A stretch of DNA of 63,453 bases, counting the filler, from Parasitella parasitica NRRL 2501 (lineage: Eukaryota > Fungi > Mucoromycota), in NCBI GenBank assembly GCA_025201805.1. It is 9 parts of 9 records of this genome, joined end to end, with 100 filler letters (N's around TTAATTAATTAA, not from the genome) between each part and the next. Parts side by side here need not be neighbours in the genome. Positions count along the whole stretch, not along the records: positions 1 to 28,408 come from MU619445.1; positions 28,509 to 30,778 come from MU619262.1; positions 30,879 to 44,806 come from MU619299.1; 6 more parts are not named here. The stretch is one strand, 5' to 3'. Of the stretch, positions 23,985-36,921 are shown piece after piece (position 1 is the first letter of the stretch; each line of letters begins with the position of its first letter). A program made the position numbers and the translations under genes. The notes beneath the pieces were generated by a model. It was not told the origin of the DNA. It saw only the letters and a list, made by a program, of their open reading frames with translations, and searched no databases.

Positions 23985-25476
23985 ATGGCCGAATCACCAC
24001 AAGCAACTCCTCGCACAATCAAATTGACGACGGTCAAAGGCACAACAGTTGATTGTAGAGAGTCTCCCTTTTTCGGTAAATGCCGAGATGTAGAGGATTT
24101 TGAAAAGCTCAACAGGGTTGGAGAGGGCACTTACGGTGTTGTATAGTATGTCGATGATGTGTTGTTTTCGTGGAAGTTGAATATTTGTTAACGCTTGGAT
24201 CGTAGCCGTGTAGTCGATAAAAAGACAAAGCAGATTGTTGCCTTGAAGAAAATCAGAATGGAAAAAGAAACAGATGGAATGCCAGTTTCCAGCCTGCGAG
24301 AAATTAGTATTTTGAAGCGAATGAAGCACCAGAACATCGTCAATGTTACAGACGTCGCCGTAGGCCCTCGTCTTGAATCCATCTTTTTGGTGATGGAGTA
24401 CTGTGAACAAGTAAATACAGGCATCAAACATTACACACTGTTTCCACTCTAATACTTAAATACTGCCATTTTTAGGATTTAGGAAGTTTACTAGACATGG
24501 TGTCTACACCGTACACTCCTTCCGAAAGTAAGGAAAACTCTATTAAGCCCATTGAATTGATGATAACAATTTTTACACTAGTCAAATGTCTGATGCTTCA
24601 GCTATTGAAAGGATTGGAGTATTGCCACAGTCATTCGATCATTCATAGAGACTTGAAAATGTCAAATTTACTGTTGACATCGTCCGGACTATTGAAAATA
24701 GGTAAGGTACCGCATTTCGTGACAAAGATGTAGCATTTACATGCCACTCTGTAGCTGATTTTGGCTTGGCGAGAACGTTGAGTCTTCCGGGCAAGCCGAT
24801 GACTCCCAATGTCGTTACATTATGGTACAGAGCACCTGAAGTATTATTCGGTGATTCCAATTACACAACCGTGATTGACCTGTGGTCAGCAGGATGTATC
24901 ATGGGCGAGCTAATGCAGCATAAGCCGTTGTTGCCAGGGAATACGGAGCAAGTGCAATTGGACTTGATTGTTAAATTATTGGGATCGCCAAACGAAACAA
25001 TTTGGCCTGGATTCCACAAATTGCCTTCAGCCAAATTGCTTGTATTACCAAAACAAAGGTAAGTTTGATCCACATATAATCGTATGTATAGAGAGAGAGA
25101 GAGTCTGGACTGATTATAGCGCGCTAGTTTCAGCAACATTAAGCAGGTCTTTCCGCGCTACAGCGAGAACACGCTTGCTTTGCTTGCTGGACTGTTGACC
25201 TATAACCCGAAATCGAGATTCAATGTCAAGCAGGCGTTGGCCCACCCGTACTTCCAAGAAGCACCCAGAGCTCAAGATCCATCGCTCTTACCCACCTATC
25301 CGGAGGTTAGGAATCAATTGGCTGAGAGAGAAAGGTAAATATGCTATATACAGATGTTCAATTAATGGGAGGGGGCGATGCTCACCATACGCCATAGTAA
25401 AAGACGTGCTCATGAAGAAGAAAGGAAAAAGAGAGCAATGAGAGATGACTATAATGCAGTTAGGAAGAGACGATAG
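23985..25476 (+). CDS. CDK10: Cyclin-dependent kinase 10-like (PISSLRE type); multi-exon
   Basis: [54 protein letters not shown]. Confidence 0.88.
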
Positions 25477-25903
25477 AACACCCTCTTACTGCTGCTACTC
25501 TATTTTATTTGTATATATTAAAAATTCTTGGGTGATTTGCATAATATCCTTGCTACTGGACAGCCGATCCTTTTAACGTGATGGCCTGTAATTAGCTTGT
25601 GAAATAGACGTTTGTATTGAAAATAGCAATCAAATGATGTTGTCATTAAATAGCAAGTATATATGTACATGTTCTTTTGATGAAGAAGGCATCATCCGTT
25701 GGATCTAACACAAGTGCTTTACAACATGACAAGATACAGTTGTACATCGGACATTGATTGATTGATTAAAATCTTTTACCGGTTTACTGCACTGTTTCAT
25801 TCATCGTCTTTCTTTCATTTTCTTGCGATAAGGAGCTTCCGCACACTACGGGCTCAGATATTCACATTTCTTACCAATTACATCAATCACATATACACAT
25901 ATA

Positions 25904-26646
25904 ATGGATCCAAATAGCTCTCTGAAAGAAGGGGAGATAAAGAAGAATGAGGATAATCTACCACCTATTCCAGTCGTAATGCGTCACCCATACATTGTCG
26001 CCTCTGTTCGACAATACCGCTCTGACGCACAAAATGAGCAGCTACAGCACCATATCGTGTCAGAATCATTCATCCCTATGGCTCCAAATCTTCTCAAGCC
26101 TCCTAGAAAACGACGACGGCCACCATTCTCATACTCATCTTTGATAGCACAAGCGATACTGGAGAGTGAAAATGAACGCATGACTTTACGAGATATATAC
26201 ACATGGATTGCTGCTAGATATCCTGCTTTATACAATGCTGAAGATACTGGCTGGCAGGTAAACTCAAGTTTGCATGGTTTGAATTAGATTTAATAGTTTC
26301 AATGTAGAATACGATACGGCACAATCTTTCTCTCAACAGATGCTTTAAAAAAGTACCCAAAACTGAATCTGCAGCAGATGCAAATCATAGAGGGAAAGGA
26401 GGCTACTGGACGATAGACCCAACTCATATGGGAAAGTTTAGAAATGGAGCATTTACAAAAGGAGCTTCTGCATTCATGAGAAAGAAACCAGCGGCAGCGC
26501 CCTCGCCGCCGTTAAACTTATTAGATACCTCTGTGCTCTCTGTAGTCAACAGCACAGTCAAACACAGCAAAGATGTAACCAATTCAACACCGCCATCAAA
26601 CAATGAGCCATGCCCTGCCATGCAAATTCAAAATTTGTTGAATTAA
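25904..26646 (+). CDS. Forkhead-box transcription factor; intron 26258-26308
   Basis: [14 protein letters not shown]...[10 protein letters not shown]...[19 protein letters not shown]...GKGGYWTID. Confidence 0.95.
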
Positions 26647-27393
26647 AAAAAAAAAAAAAAATTAGACAAACACATCAGTAATATTCCTCAACAAATCCTG
26701 CATCATCTTCTTATCATTCCGGGTACTCTTTAAATTGCTCATGTATTTTTTCGGTTCTCTATTCAGACAATCAAGCACAAACAACCAACACCCCTTATCA
26801 CTCGAATATGACTGATAACATGTAAATAAAACGTTTCACGACGATATATCTCGATTCAAGATGATGTGATATAAAACGACACATCTCAACAATCCATAAA
26901 ATATATATATATATGGTATTCTCTTCATCAAACAAAGAGAGAGCGACATGCAAGACAGATCTTATCTAGATTTGTAAATCGTGTTTCCCTGCGACCTCAT
27001 ATGAGATACATAAACAATTTAGCTGGATGTCAAATAATTGAAGCTTTGTAGTCATGGCAACTGGCAACTTTATCCACGCATTTTCGAAAATGGAAATTGC
27101 AGAGAACAAAGAGAATAAAAACCCTGCTGTAAATGGCCAATAGTTTGATAGAAAGCTAATGTATGCTCTTTATTTACCACACTGACTTACATGCTTTGTC
27201 TAAAATTTCATACTGGCCTGATCATCATAACAATATTTTGATCTTGGGTTCACAGTTTTTTTTTTTTTTTTCTTTTTTTTAAAAAAAAAATGTACGGCAT
27301 TTTCTAGCAATCCTTTTAAATTGAAAAGTCCAAGACAATAAAGATGTTTTTCCTGAAAGTCAGACGGTACGCTTATAGTGAGGCCAAATGTAT

Positions 27394-27484
27394 CCAATAA
27401 AATAGCTAGAAATAGTGTAATGAGCCAATAAAAATGCTAGAAATAGTGTAATGATCCAATAAGAGTGCTCGAAATAGTGTAACT
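27394..27484. repeat. Three ~30-bp tandem repeats (CCAATAAnAnnGCTnGAAATAGTGTAA)
   Basis: GAAATAGTGTAA recurs three times at ~30-bp period. Confidence 0.75.
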
Positions 27485-27672
27485 GATTATATATTAAAGT
27501 AAACACTGCAGAGTCTGAACATTCTGCCGGCTGTAAAGTAAACAATTCTGTTACCCCGTTAATTGATTGTACCTTTTTCGATTTGACATTTCTACATTTA
27601 AGTAAATTTTTCACTTGAAAGGCTTATTTTCTTTTCTCTTCTTTTCACAAACATATTATTATAAATTCAAGT

Positions 27673-28408
27673 ATGTCTTAAAAATTTAAGAAAACATTTT
27701 TAAACAATCTTGGATGTTCGACGAAGCAGTTACTGACTCAATTAATGAAATAAACTAGAAACAATGCCTTAAAACACACCTGCAAAGAAGGGCCGTCCGA
27801 CTGGTTCAAAAAGCAAGCATGGATCCAAGACTCCAGGTCCCAAACCGGCTCATTTAGTGAACCAGCCCCGATTAAGCTTCCCAGTTGCTGTTCAAGCAAC
27901 AAGAAACATTCTTGGGAGCGAAACACTATCTGCAGTGGACGCAGTGGCAGTAAACTTAAAACAGACTTTGAGTAATGAAAAAGATGCAGCAGAAAATATT
28001 GATGAGGTGAGCCATCTAGATTTTTTCAATGGTTATGATTTCCTAATGTAGTTTATCATAATAGATTGTCGAAGAAGAGACAATCCACAATAAAAAATAT
28101 CAAGTAATTAAAGACTTCGAAGGCCTCTCTGTCGACACTGAACACAACGCCATTTCCAAAAATAGCGAAAATGAGGTACTACACCAACTTATACCGTAGT
28201 ATGACTGAGTTAGCAACCTGATACATTGTTAATTTTAGGCTGACAAGAGTGTTGTCGACAATCAAGCTGAATTAATAAATGAAGGTGATCGATTTGAGAA
28301 TAACGAAGAAGCAATAGTCGATGAGCTTACTGAAGAGCAATTTCACTCGATTGAAAATCAAATCTCGGAGATTCCTGAAAATGGATGGCTTGACAAGTAT
28401 CTTGGGTC
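27673..28408 (+). pseudogene. Partial, degenerate acidic intron-containing ORF, probably TE-derived; cut by the contig end
   Basis: Short GT-AG introns linking Glu/Asp-rich segments, with stops in the 5' part. Confidence 0.3.
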
Positions 28409-28508
28409 NNNNNNNNNNNNNNNNNNNNNNNNNNNNNNNNNNNNNNNNNNNNTTAATTAATTAANNNNNNNNNNNNNNNNNNNNNNNNNNNNNNNNNNNN
28501 NNNNNNNN
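28409..28508. other. Artificial contig-join spacer (also at 30779-30878, 44807-44906, 47102-47201, 49354-49453, 51150-51249, 53773-53872, 60858-60957)
   Basis: Identical 44N-TTAATTAATTAA-44N blocks with stops in all six frames. Confidence 0.98.
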
Positions 28509-28531
28509 AAAAAAAAAAAAAAAAAAAAAAG

Positions 28532-30727
28532 GTCCGGCATGTGATATTTATCCATTCCTGCACTCATTGTAGTTGCATCATTTCACAGCTAGTCTATTCT
28601 TGTGGCGGTAGTGTTTTTGATGGTGGAAATGGAAGGTAATATAACAGCATGTTCACAGGCATGTAAACTAACTATCCGTCTCCAATCATTTCAGTATGAT
28701 GATCGAAGGTAAAAATCAAGCCCAACGAAATGTAAATAATGCAAATGGCTAACTTGTATAAATATGTAGTTGTCCCTTTTTTACATATCATGTAAGTTGT
28801 TGTACTTTATCCTTTTTTTTTCTCGACTGAAGAAAAAAAATGCATGCTTTTAGGGCAGAGAAAATTATATCCGTTGTCGGACAAGATAATCCATCTGTTG
28901 TTATACCGTCTACTATGGTTGCATTTGCGCTAAGCAGTATCATGACAGGCCTTGCATTTTTTTTACTAGGCGCATTGAAATTAGGCTCTTTGATCGGATT
29001 CTTTCCTAGACATATATTGGTGGGAACTATCGGTGGCGTAGGCTGGTTTCTCGTAGCAACTGGTATCGAAGTAGCCGGTCGACTGGACGAAAACTTGGTT
29101 TATACAATCCCAATGTTCAAAAAGATATTTTTAGATTTACATGTGTTTAGCCTTTGGTTCTCGGCATTAGCCGTGGCTATCTTGTTGCGGCTGATCCAAT
29201 ACCGCATCACATCTCCACTAGTTGTTCCTGCCTTCTTCATGACTCTTCCGCTTGCTTTTTACTTGATTGTATTCATCTGTGGACTGGACATCAACAATGT
29301 TCGCGAAGCTGGTTGGATATTTCCGCTGGTTGAAAGCAACCTTCCCTTTTGGCACTTTTACACTTATTATGATTTCACTCTGGTTGATTGGCGTGCTGTG
29401 GCAGAGACCATTCCGGCAATGTTGGCGTTAACTTTTTTCGGTAATGTTATATACTACCAATCCCGCAGTTTGTTGACAATTATTAATCATGATGGAAAGG
29501 TGTGTTGCATGTGCCCATCAATGTTCCTGCTTTAGGCGTGTCTACCAACAAGGATGATGTTAATGTAAACCGCGAATTGGTTGCACATGGTATCTCAAAC
29601 GCAGTTTCTGGTTTATTCGGCACTGTGCAGAGTAAGTACATCCTTTATACGGAAAGATACCGACGTGTTTATTTATTTGTTTATTTCGATTAGATTACCT
29701 CGTGTATACGAATTCATTGCTTTTCATTCGGTCTGGTGGTGACAGTAGGGTTGCAGGAATAATGTTGGCTGGTGCCACTGCCATTCTCTGGATGGTGGGC
29801 CCATGGATTGTTGGTTACATTCCAGTCATGGTGGTAGGAAGTTTGATTTTTCATCTTGGCCTTGACCTGTTAAAAGAAGCACTTTTTGACACTTGGAAAT
29901 CTGTACACTATCTTGAATATATTACTATATGTGTGATCATCGCCTGTATGGCAACCTTGGGTTTTGTTGAAGGTATCTTGGTGGGCATCATTATGGCATG
30001 TGTCTTCTTTGTTGTGCAAAATGCTCGCCGTAGTGAAGCTATCCGTGCTATTTACACTGGCCAATATATGCGATCCACTGTGCGTCGTTTGTATCGACAA
30101 GAACGCTTTCTCAAACAAGTTGGAGGCCAAATTCAAATTGTTATGCTGCAAGGTTATCTATTCTTTGGCACCATTGACCAAGTGGAGCGGGCTATTCGTG
30201 AAATGTTGGACGAACATGCATGGGACTTGCATCCTATTCGTTTCCTTATCTTGGATCTTCAACTTGTACAGGGTCTCGACTTCAGTGCTGCTGAAGCCTT
30301 TGTTCGTATCCGTCGTTTATTGCGTGCTCGCCAAGTTTATATGATTGTTTGCAACGTTGCTCGACGCTCTGATGAAGAAAAGGCGTTGATGAAAGCCGGC
30401 ATCTGGGTTAAGCAATCTCAGCAACAGGATCAAGGTGACTTGAAATGCTTTGAACATATCAATGATGCTATAGAATGGTGTGAGAACGTTTTGTTGACTA
30501 GTTATTTTGAAAAGAAGCCTAAACATCTTAAAAGTAAGTGCTCTACTGGTTTTTTTTACTGATTTTTTCATAACCCTGAACATTGACAATGTGTAGTATC
30601 TACACCGGCGGTCATTGTACCTGATTCTGCTATTGCAGAGCCATACAACTATTCGGATCGATTAGCATCCGCTGGATCTCCTCGCCATGATATTATTTCC
30701 AACGCTATTCATCACGTTTTCAGCGGT
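28532..30727 (+). CDS. SulP/SLC26-family transporter with STAS domain (yeast VSB1/YGR125W-like); partial at both ends
   Basis: GG/SMMIE/VVPFLHIM, FFPRHILVGTIGGVG, LHVPINVPAL, RELVAHGISN, LQGYLFFGT, GLDFSAAEAF, AIEWCEN. Confidence 0.9.
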
Positions 30728-31341
30728 AATTTGCGCTTTAATCAAAAACTACATACCGAAAAATTAACCTTCTTCTTTNNNNNNNNNNNNNNNNNNNNNN
30801 NNNNNNNNNNNNNNNNNNNNNNTTAATTAATTAANNNNNNNNNNNNNNNNNNNNNNNNNNNNNNNNNNNNNNNNNNNNAAACCAGGTGTGTTCCAATCAT
30901 ACTTATGCATAAGAATAGACTTTGCGTCTGAATTCGTGATAAAACGCTTGTTGACGGATACAAGTACGTTTACATCTAATCGATTGTTAACGGGAGGCAT
31001 TTTAATTACTATTTTTGGAAAAAAGTGAAGTTTCTTTGAAGGTAAATGCAGTGAAAGTTTATAAACAAAACAAATTCGAATCATTTAAAAAATATCTTTG
31101 TATGCAATAAACTTTGTACGCGTAGAGCGTAATTGTAAAAAATCAAACCCTCATCCATTCAAAAATCTTCATTTAGCATCGGCCCAACTGGGCTGAATCG
31201 GCCCAAATGGGCCGACCTAATCTATACTTGTTAATTAATAAAAGCTCTGCAATGCATACTCGGTGCTGTATAGCTCCCAACACCCTCAACTTGACAAAAA
31301 AATAAAAATAAAAAAACAAAAAAAAAAAAGGGATAAAATGT

Positions 31342-32483
31342 TTAATTGCCATCAAGCTTGTCTTCAGTCTACGGAAATGAGCTTCTCACTGGAAACGTGT
31401 GTGCCATTTGTTACGTTGAAAATAATGGCAGAAGAGCCTGCGGCTTGTCGCTGTCGCTTTACCTGTGGTGAGTCTACATCCACATCCATATGGTTATCAA
31501 GCAACAATTTTTCAAGCAGCAAGGTGGCTTCTTCATGGTTTTCTTGAGACAGATGTGCATAGTTCACACTTCCATCCCAATCCCCTGTCTTCAAGGCACG
31601 TCGGCTATTTGCAATGCTGGTATTTTCGTCAAACAAATGGCAATAGTCATTCTCACTAATGGGTAATGCATGCGTCTCTGTATTGCCATCTCCTGAAATT
31701 TCAAGCTGCTGACGCACGTCGGGATTGTTGGTGAGGAATGTCAAAATGTCGTGAGATGCCTCAGTTTTGGCCTTCTGTTTACTGCCACTTGTTCGCGCAT
31801 GAGAGAATAAAAGAGATTTTTCGTTGAGCTTGACAATGATGTTGACCTGCCACTTTTTGTTTGGTGCATCCAGATAGCTTATTTCCACAGTGCCATTTCC
31901 CGCCTGAGCCAGCTCATACAACATCTTGACAGGGTTGTTGTCTGGGCCATTGGGTACTTTGGCTTTCTTTGGAAACGCACTGTTCAGCTCGTTCTCCACA
32001 AAGAAGACGAACGCTTCCTCGATGAACTTTTGAACAGTCGCAATGCCGTAGAAATGATACAAGACGCTAAGATAGGAGGAAAAGATTAATTGAGGCCGCA
32101 GATTGAGGCTTTTTAGTACGCTACCCTAAAATCATCTCTATTCTTTCCTTTAGATACGTTGGTCTCACGTACTGATTGACCTGTATTTGCTTTCCAATCT
32201 GCTTGTACAGCTGCAGGGGAGCTCTGAATTTCTTTGCAAGCAGAGACAAGACACGGTTGTCATATCTTGAGTATCTTTGAGCCAATATCAAACTGATAGC
32301 AAACTGAAGTGCTGATTCTCCAATGTAGTCAAATTTGCTGGAAGCGATTTCCTGGTAACACCCTGTCAATATCTGCTTCAATGCAGGCAAGGCAAGAGAG
32401 ATGTCCAACATTCTTCCTCCATCGTCCGTGATTTTGGAAAATGTATTGTGTATATATTGTTCTAATTTATCAGTGTCAGTCAT
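31342..32483 (-). CDS. r3b2: Atypical RNase III with a dsRNA-binding domain, R3B2-like (Mucorales RNAi / non-canonical RNA degradation)
   Basis: N-terminus MTDTD...TFSKITD recalls Mucor R3B2. Degenerate RNase III signature SKFDYIGES; dsRBD NPVKMLYELAQ...SGSKQKAKTEASHDIL. Introns at ~32123-32067 and ~31414-31369. Confidence 0.8.
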
Positions 32484-33049
32484 TTTGGTTCATGGAAAAA
32501 AAAAAAGTAAAAATGTAACATTCGGGGTGCTTTTTTAGATTGTTGTTTTGGACGCTGCCCTAAATATCAAATTTTCAGGAGCTGATCGGATTTGAGCTTG
32601 ATTTGGCTGTGTAAATGTCATATAGTATACATGTACACTCTAATATATTATATATATTGACATAATGGAATTTTATTAATGGCACAATTTTCAGGCCATT
32701 CATTATAATAACTTGTCGAGACACACTCTCCACTTTGCAGAATAACGGCTAAACATTTTGAATAAGATACGACTCAACAAGGACAGCCGTCTGGGCGTCT
32801 TACACGATTAACAATGACAAAAGCCGCCCAAACTGGGAAAAGGTTGCATTTCTCACTCATGATAAGCAATTGGGATCGTTCCTCCACTTATTGAGGTTTA
32901 TCGATACGATTTTAGATGATTCCAAGATCACGCGTAGAGAGGGAGGGTATGGGTACAAGACAAATATATTGGCCTAAACAAGGTGGTGTGCCCAACACAA
33001 GGCCCAAAACCGTAAACAAACGAAAGGTACCTACGCGTGACGAAAGATC

Positions 33050-33656
33050 CGCTAGGCTGATTAAGAATACAAGGCCATCTACCTAATTACAATGGAAATG
33101 CAAATCTGAGTTTTCAGGTACATAGAGGTTTTTATTGGCGATTTGACATGCAACATTTCTAACCAAGTTCAAAACTTGAAAAAACAAGCAGATCATCATT
33201 AGCCAGTGTGTTACGAATAGAACCTTGGCCGTCATCAAAAGAATAGAAGGAAAATCAATGGGTAGAAGAGAGGATCAAACACGATGGTTTTAAAATGGCT
33301 CAAGTGTTGAAAGATATGATAGATTCCCTGCATGAATTAGCCCTTGTTGGCAAGTAAAAATCATAGACTTGTAGATACAAAGTGTACAATCGTATTACGT
33401 GACTCATCTGCCGGTTATGTCCGTAAAAGAGCTCTTTAATTTACCAGAGGAAGCAGACGATATATGTAATGTATTGTTGCCAATATTAATAGTTGTTTAC
33501 AAGTCCAGAGTAATGATAAAGGACACCCACAAGCTCGTCAAGCAAAAGCCAGTGGATATCGCCGATGATCTTGATCAGTACAAGACAAATCTTTCTAGTT
33601 TTACTAGTGAAGGATGTAAGAAAAGAAAAATAAGTGGTGATTCTACTGAACAATAA
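33050..33656 (+). pseudogene. Degenerate ORF remnant of unknown, probably repeat-family, origin
   Basis: Broken reading frames ending in ORF 33399-33656; no intact start. Confidence 0.25.
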
Positions 33657-33860
33657 CCTGATCACCATGAACAAATTGTGCCATCAATAAAATTTCATTG
33701 TGCCAATTTGAAAGTAAATTAGTGTGCTATATTGAGAAAGAGTGTACAAAACAAGAAAATAACAATAACAACAACCCCCCCCCTTTTTTTTTCCCCTTCT
33801 TATTCTTCTTCCCTTTAATAGTTCTCTCACCTCTTTTCTTCTTCATCATCTCTCTCCAAA

Positions 33861-36476
33861 ATGTCTTCTGTAAGAATTGAAGACTACTATTCTGATCAGG
33901 ATTCTCCCCCACCAATGATTGGACGACATGGTAATAACCAAAGAGCCACAAGCTCAAACACATCGTCCCCTTCTCGCTCATATCGTCCACAGCGTCAGCA
34001 GCAGCCACCCCCACCTCCATTGCTTCAAAAGCGACGACTTGGACAACCAAGACCATATTACCCGCCCTCAGATGATGATGATGATCTAACCGGCTCCGAG
34101 GAAGAGGACGATGAGCAAGAACTCTCAAGAGCTATGCATGGCTTTGGTTTCCAAACTCATCCTCCAGTGGCAAGACATCCCGGTAGCAGACCAGCATTCC
34201 ATAGATCTAGTAGCGACTATGGGTACTTTCCCCAAAACCATTACGAGTACAACCATGATTTCTCGCCTCATGGCCCGCCGATGCCGCCATATCTTTTGCA
34301 GAACTCTAGATATCATCCTCCTCCTCCACCTCCACCTCCACCGCTACCACCAGCCCAGTGGATGCCGTATCCGCCAATGATGCTAGATGACATGTCGCCC
34401 CATATGGGTCCTATATACCAACCACAGCCGTTTGTGCGTCGATCAGCCTCATCTCGGTCGTACAATAGACGTAATGATAGGCCCGCTATCAGTAGTAGAA
34501 GACAAGAAATGTACATGTCCCATGACGATGATAACGAACTAGAGGATGAGGACTTTTGCTACGATGACGATGATGAAAGCGATCAAGAAGTCTATCCACC
34601 AAGGAACCCACCGTTGTCGAGACAAAGCAGCACTGGCAGCAGTAATGGGCCAAGACCCTTTCTTCGCAAACGATCAAATTCTCTATCTGCAATGCCTCCA
34701 CATCCTCCTCCGTTTTTAATGGACTCTCCAAGAAGACAACACCCAGCAAACTATTTTTACCCTCCACATCAAAGAATGAACCCTGTTTTTCCCGGTGGTG
34801 TTCATTTTCCTCCTCCACGTATGGTCCACAGCGTGCCTTCCTCTCCTCAGCTATCTGCGAGTAGCTGCAGCGGTTCAGAAGACTATCCTCCACAACAACT
34901 GCCACCAAGACGTGCTTCGTTTAATGCTGCACCTCAGAGAAACACTCGTAATGCAAGAGTGGGTCGAAGTATGTCATTTAGCGGTGGATTTCCACCTCAT
35001 GCACCTGTCAATATGGCCCCTCCACCCCCAGCTGCTGGTGGTAGTGCTGGTGGCGCTGGTGGTAGTGGTAGTGGTGTTGCTGGTGCTACTGGCCCAATGC
35101 CACCCATGGTTCTTCATCCCCTTCCCCCACCAATGGCTCACCCCATGATGGAAAACAATAGTAGATCAAATTCCATATATGGCTTTCCCACTGGTGACCT
35201 GGGTGGTGATTTTTTCGACCAAATGACAAGTTTTAATCAAAAGCAACAATCAGCAACAGCTCCAGTCACTCCAATCGATAATCCAACATCTGCGAGCGCC
35301 AGTGCCTCTGGCGATATACCAATGAACCCGCAAATTTCACAACAATCACAGCATCCTCCTCCTGGAATTGCAGCCAACATGCAACAGCAGCATTCGCTCA
35401 ATATGCCGATGCCGCCCCCACCGCCTCCACAGCAAATGCATCCGTGGGTAAATGGCTTTCCAACATCCCCAGGAGACCCCAGCATGTTTGGTAATCAGCA
35501 AGGAATGATGCAGCAACATCTACCTCAAATGATGCTTCCTGCCATGTTCAATAACCCAATGATGAATCAAAATCCAATGATGGGTCAAGGTTCAATGTGG
35601 AATTTTATGCCAGAAATGATGCTTGGTCAAAGTGGGGCTCTCGGTGGCGACTTGCCTTTGCCTTTCATGTATTCAAGTGATCCAACTCTGATTGCACAAG
35701 CAATGGGCGTTCCAGTCGGTGGCGGCGGCCCTAGTTTTGGAATGGATGGAAACAACAACATGCACTCGCCTCGCATGAATATGAATGGAAATCCTAGCGA
35801 AGGACAAAATGGAAATAAAGGTAATGGCGGTCCTCCTCACGAAGAGGATATGATGAGAAGAGCTGCTGGTGGTAGTAGTGGGAAGGAACCTCCTCATGGA
35901 CAAGACACGATGATGCCAAATTTTGGTCAAGCTCCCCCTCCCAACGCTGCGCCTCCCATGCTTAAAAGAGGGTTATCCATGTTGGGTGGTTTATTCGGTG
36001 GTAATGGCAGTGGTGCAAATCGCCGTAGAGAAGATTTTCATGGAGGCGGTGGCCCCCCTCATCCTATGTTTGGTAGCTTTTCTGCGCCTATTCAGGCACA
36101 ATCGAAAAAAGAAGCAAAGTTGCAGAGACAATATGAAAAATTGGGTACTTTCTACTGCTGGCGAAGAATGGATATTCCCGATCAACCTTTCGAATCTTTC
36201 AGCATCAAGAATCAACACATCATCAAAAAGAAAATCAACAAACTTGGATTACAGGCACAATTTATGCTCAACAGCGACGAAAGACTACCTGGCATGATTA
36301 TGCTTAATTTACATCAAAATCGAGGCGGTTGTCTAATGAATATTGGTGGAGAAAAGGTTGTTGTCATGTTGCAAATTGAACAAAAGTCTTATGGAACAAG
36401 CAACTATATCTTTGGTGGAGGTGGTGGAGGTGGTGGAGGTGATGGACACCACCAGGCTCCTCTTGGACACTGGTAG
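33861..36476 (+). CDS. 871-aa intronless Pro/Met/Gln/Gly-rich low-complexity protein with a small globular, possibly WWE-like, C-terminal domain
   Basis: Long uninterrupted ORF; the C-terminal ~90 aa (FYCWRRMDIPDQPFESFSIKNQHIIKK...) is compositionally normal. Confidence 0.85.
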   Translation: MSSVRIEDYYSDQDSPPPMIGRHGNNQRATSSNTSSPSRSYRPQRQQQPPPPPLLQKRRLGQPRPYYPPSDDDDDLTGSEEEDDEQELSRAMHGFGFQTHPPVARHPGSRPAFHRSSSDYGYFPQNHYEYNHDFSPHGPPMPPYLLQNSRYHPPPPPPPPPLPPAQWMPYPPMMLDDMSPHMGPIYQPQPFVRRSASSRSYNRRNDRPAISSRRQEMYMSHDDDNELEDEDFCYDDDDESDQEVYPPRNPPLSRQSSTGSSNGPRPFLRKRSNSLSAMPPHPPPFLMDSPRRQHPANYFYPPHQRMNPVFPGGVHFPPPRMVHSVPSSPQLSASSCSGSEDYPPQQLPPRRASFNAAPQRNTRNARVGRSMSFSGGFPPHAPVNMAPPPPAAGGSAGGAGGSGSGVAGATGPMPPMVLHPLPPPMAHPMMENNSRSNSIYGFPTGDLGGDFFDQMTSFNQKQQSATAPVTPIDNPTSASASASGDIPMNPQISQQSQHPPPGIAANMQQQHSLNMPMPPPPPPQQMHPWVNGFPTSPGDPSMFGNQQGMMQQHLPQMMLPAMFNNPMMNQNPMMGQGSMWNFMPEMMLGQSGALGGDLPLPFMYSSDPTLIAQAMGVPVGGGGPSFGMDGNNNMHSPRMNMNGNPSEGQNGNKGNGGPPHEEDMMRRAAGGSSGKEPPHGQDTMMPNFGQAPPPNAAPPMLKRGLSMLGGLFGGNGSGANRRREDFHGGGGPPHPMFGSFSAPIQAQSKKEAKLQRQYEKLGTFYCWRRMDIPDQPFESFSIKNQHIIKKKINKLGLQAQFMLNSDERLPGMIMLNLHQNRGGCLMNIGGEKVVVMLQIEQKSYGTSNYIFGGGGGGGGGDGHHQAPLGHW

Positions 36477-36921
36477 TGCTGTATTCAGTCTGTAAAGAAA
36501 ACGTTTAAAAAAATATGTATTATCTTGTTCAATATCAATATCCCAAACCGTATATACTAAATAAAATTCACGAGACTCTTTTATTCCGCTGAATCTAACA
36601 AACCTTGGCATTATTAGCATACCTGGAGTTGATGATTCGAGAATTCAATCTCCTTGCCAAAGTCTGTAAAATTGTGTCAAGCACAAGAGGCATAAGTTAT
36701 ATTCCATAAGCTTTAGTAAATTACCCTTATTTAGTACCATATATTGCTGCGATAATCACAATAATGAATACTTTACTTTGCACACACTATAAGAATACAG
36801 TTGTTTATTTAAGAAAAAAAAAAAAAAAAACTGTTGTAATTTATGGATAAACCACACGAGGGGCATAATCATTATCTATTTTTTTTGGGTAAAAATATGT
36901 TTGTTGATTCTTTTTGATAAA

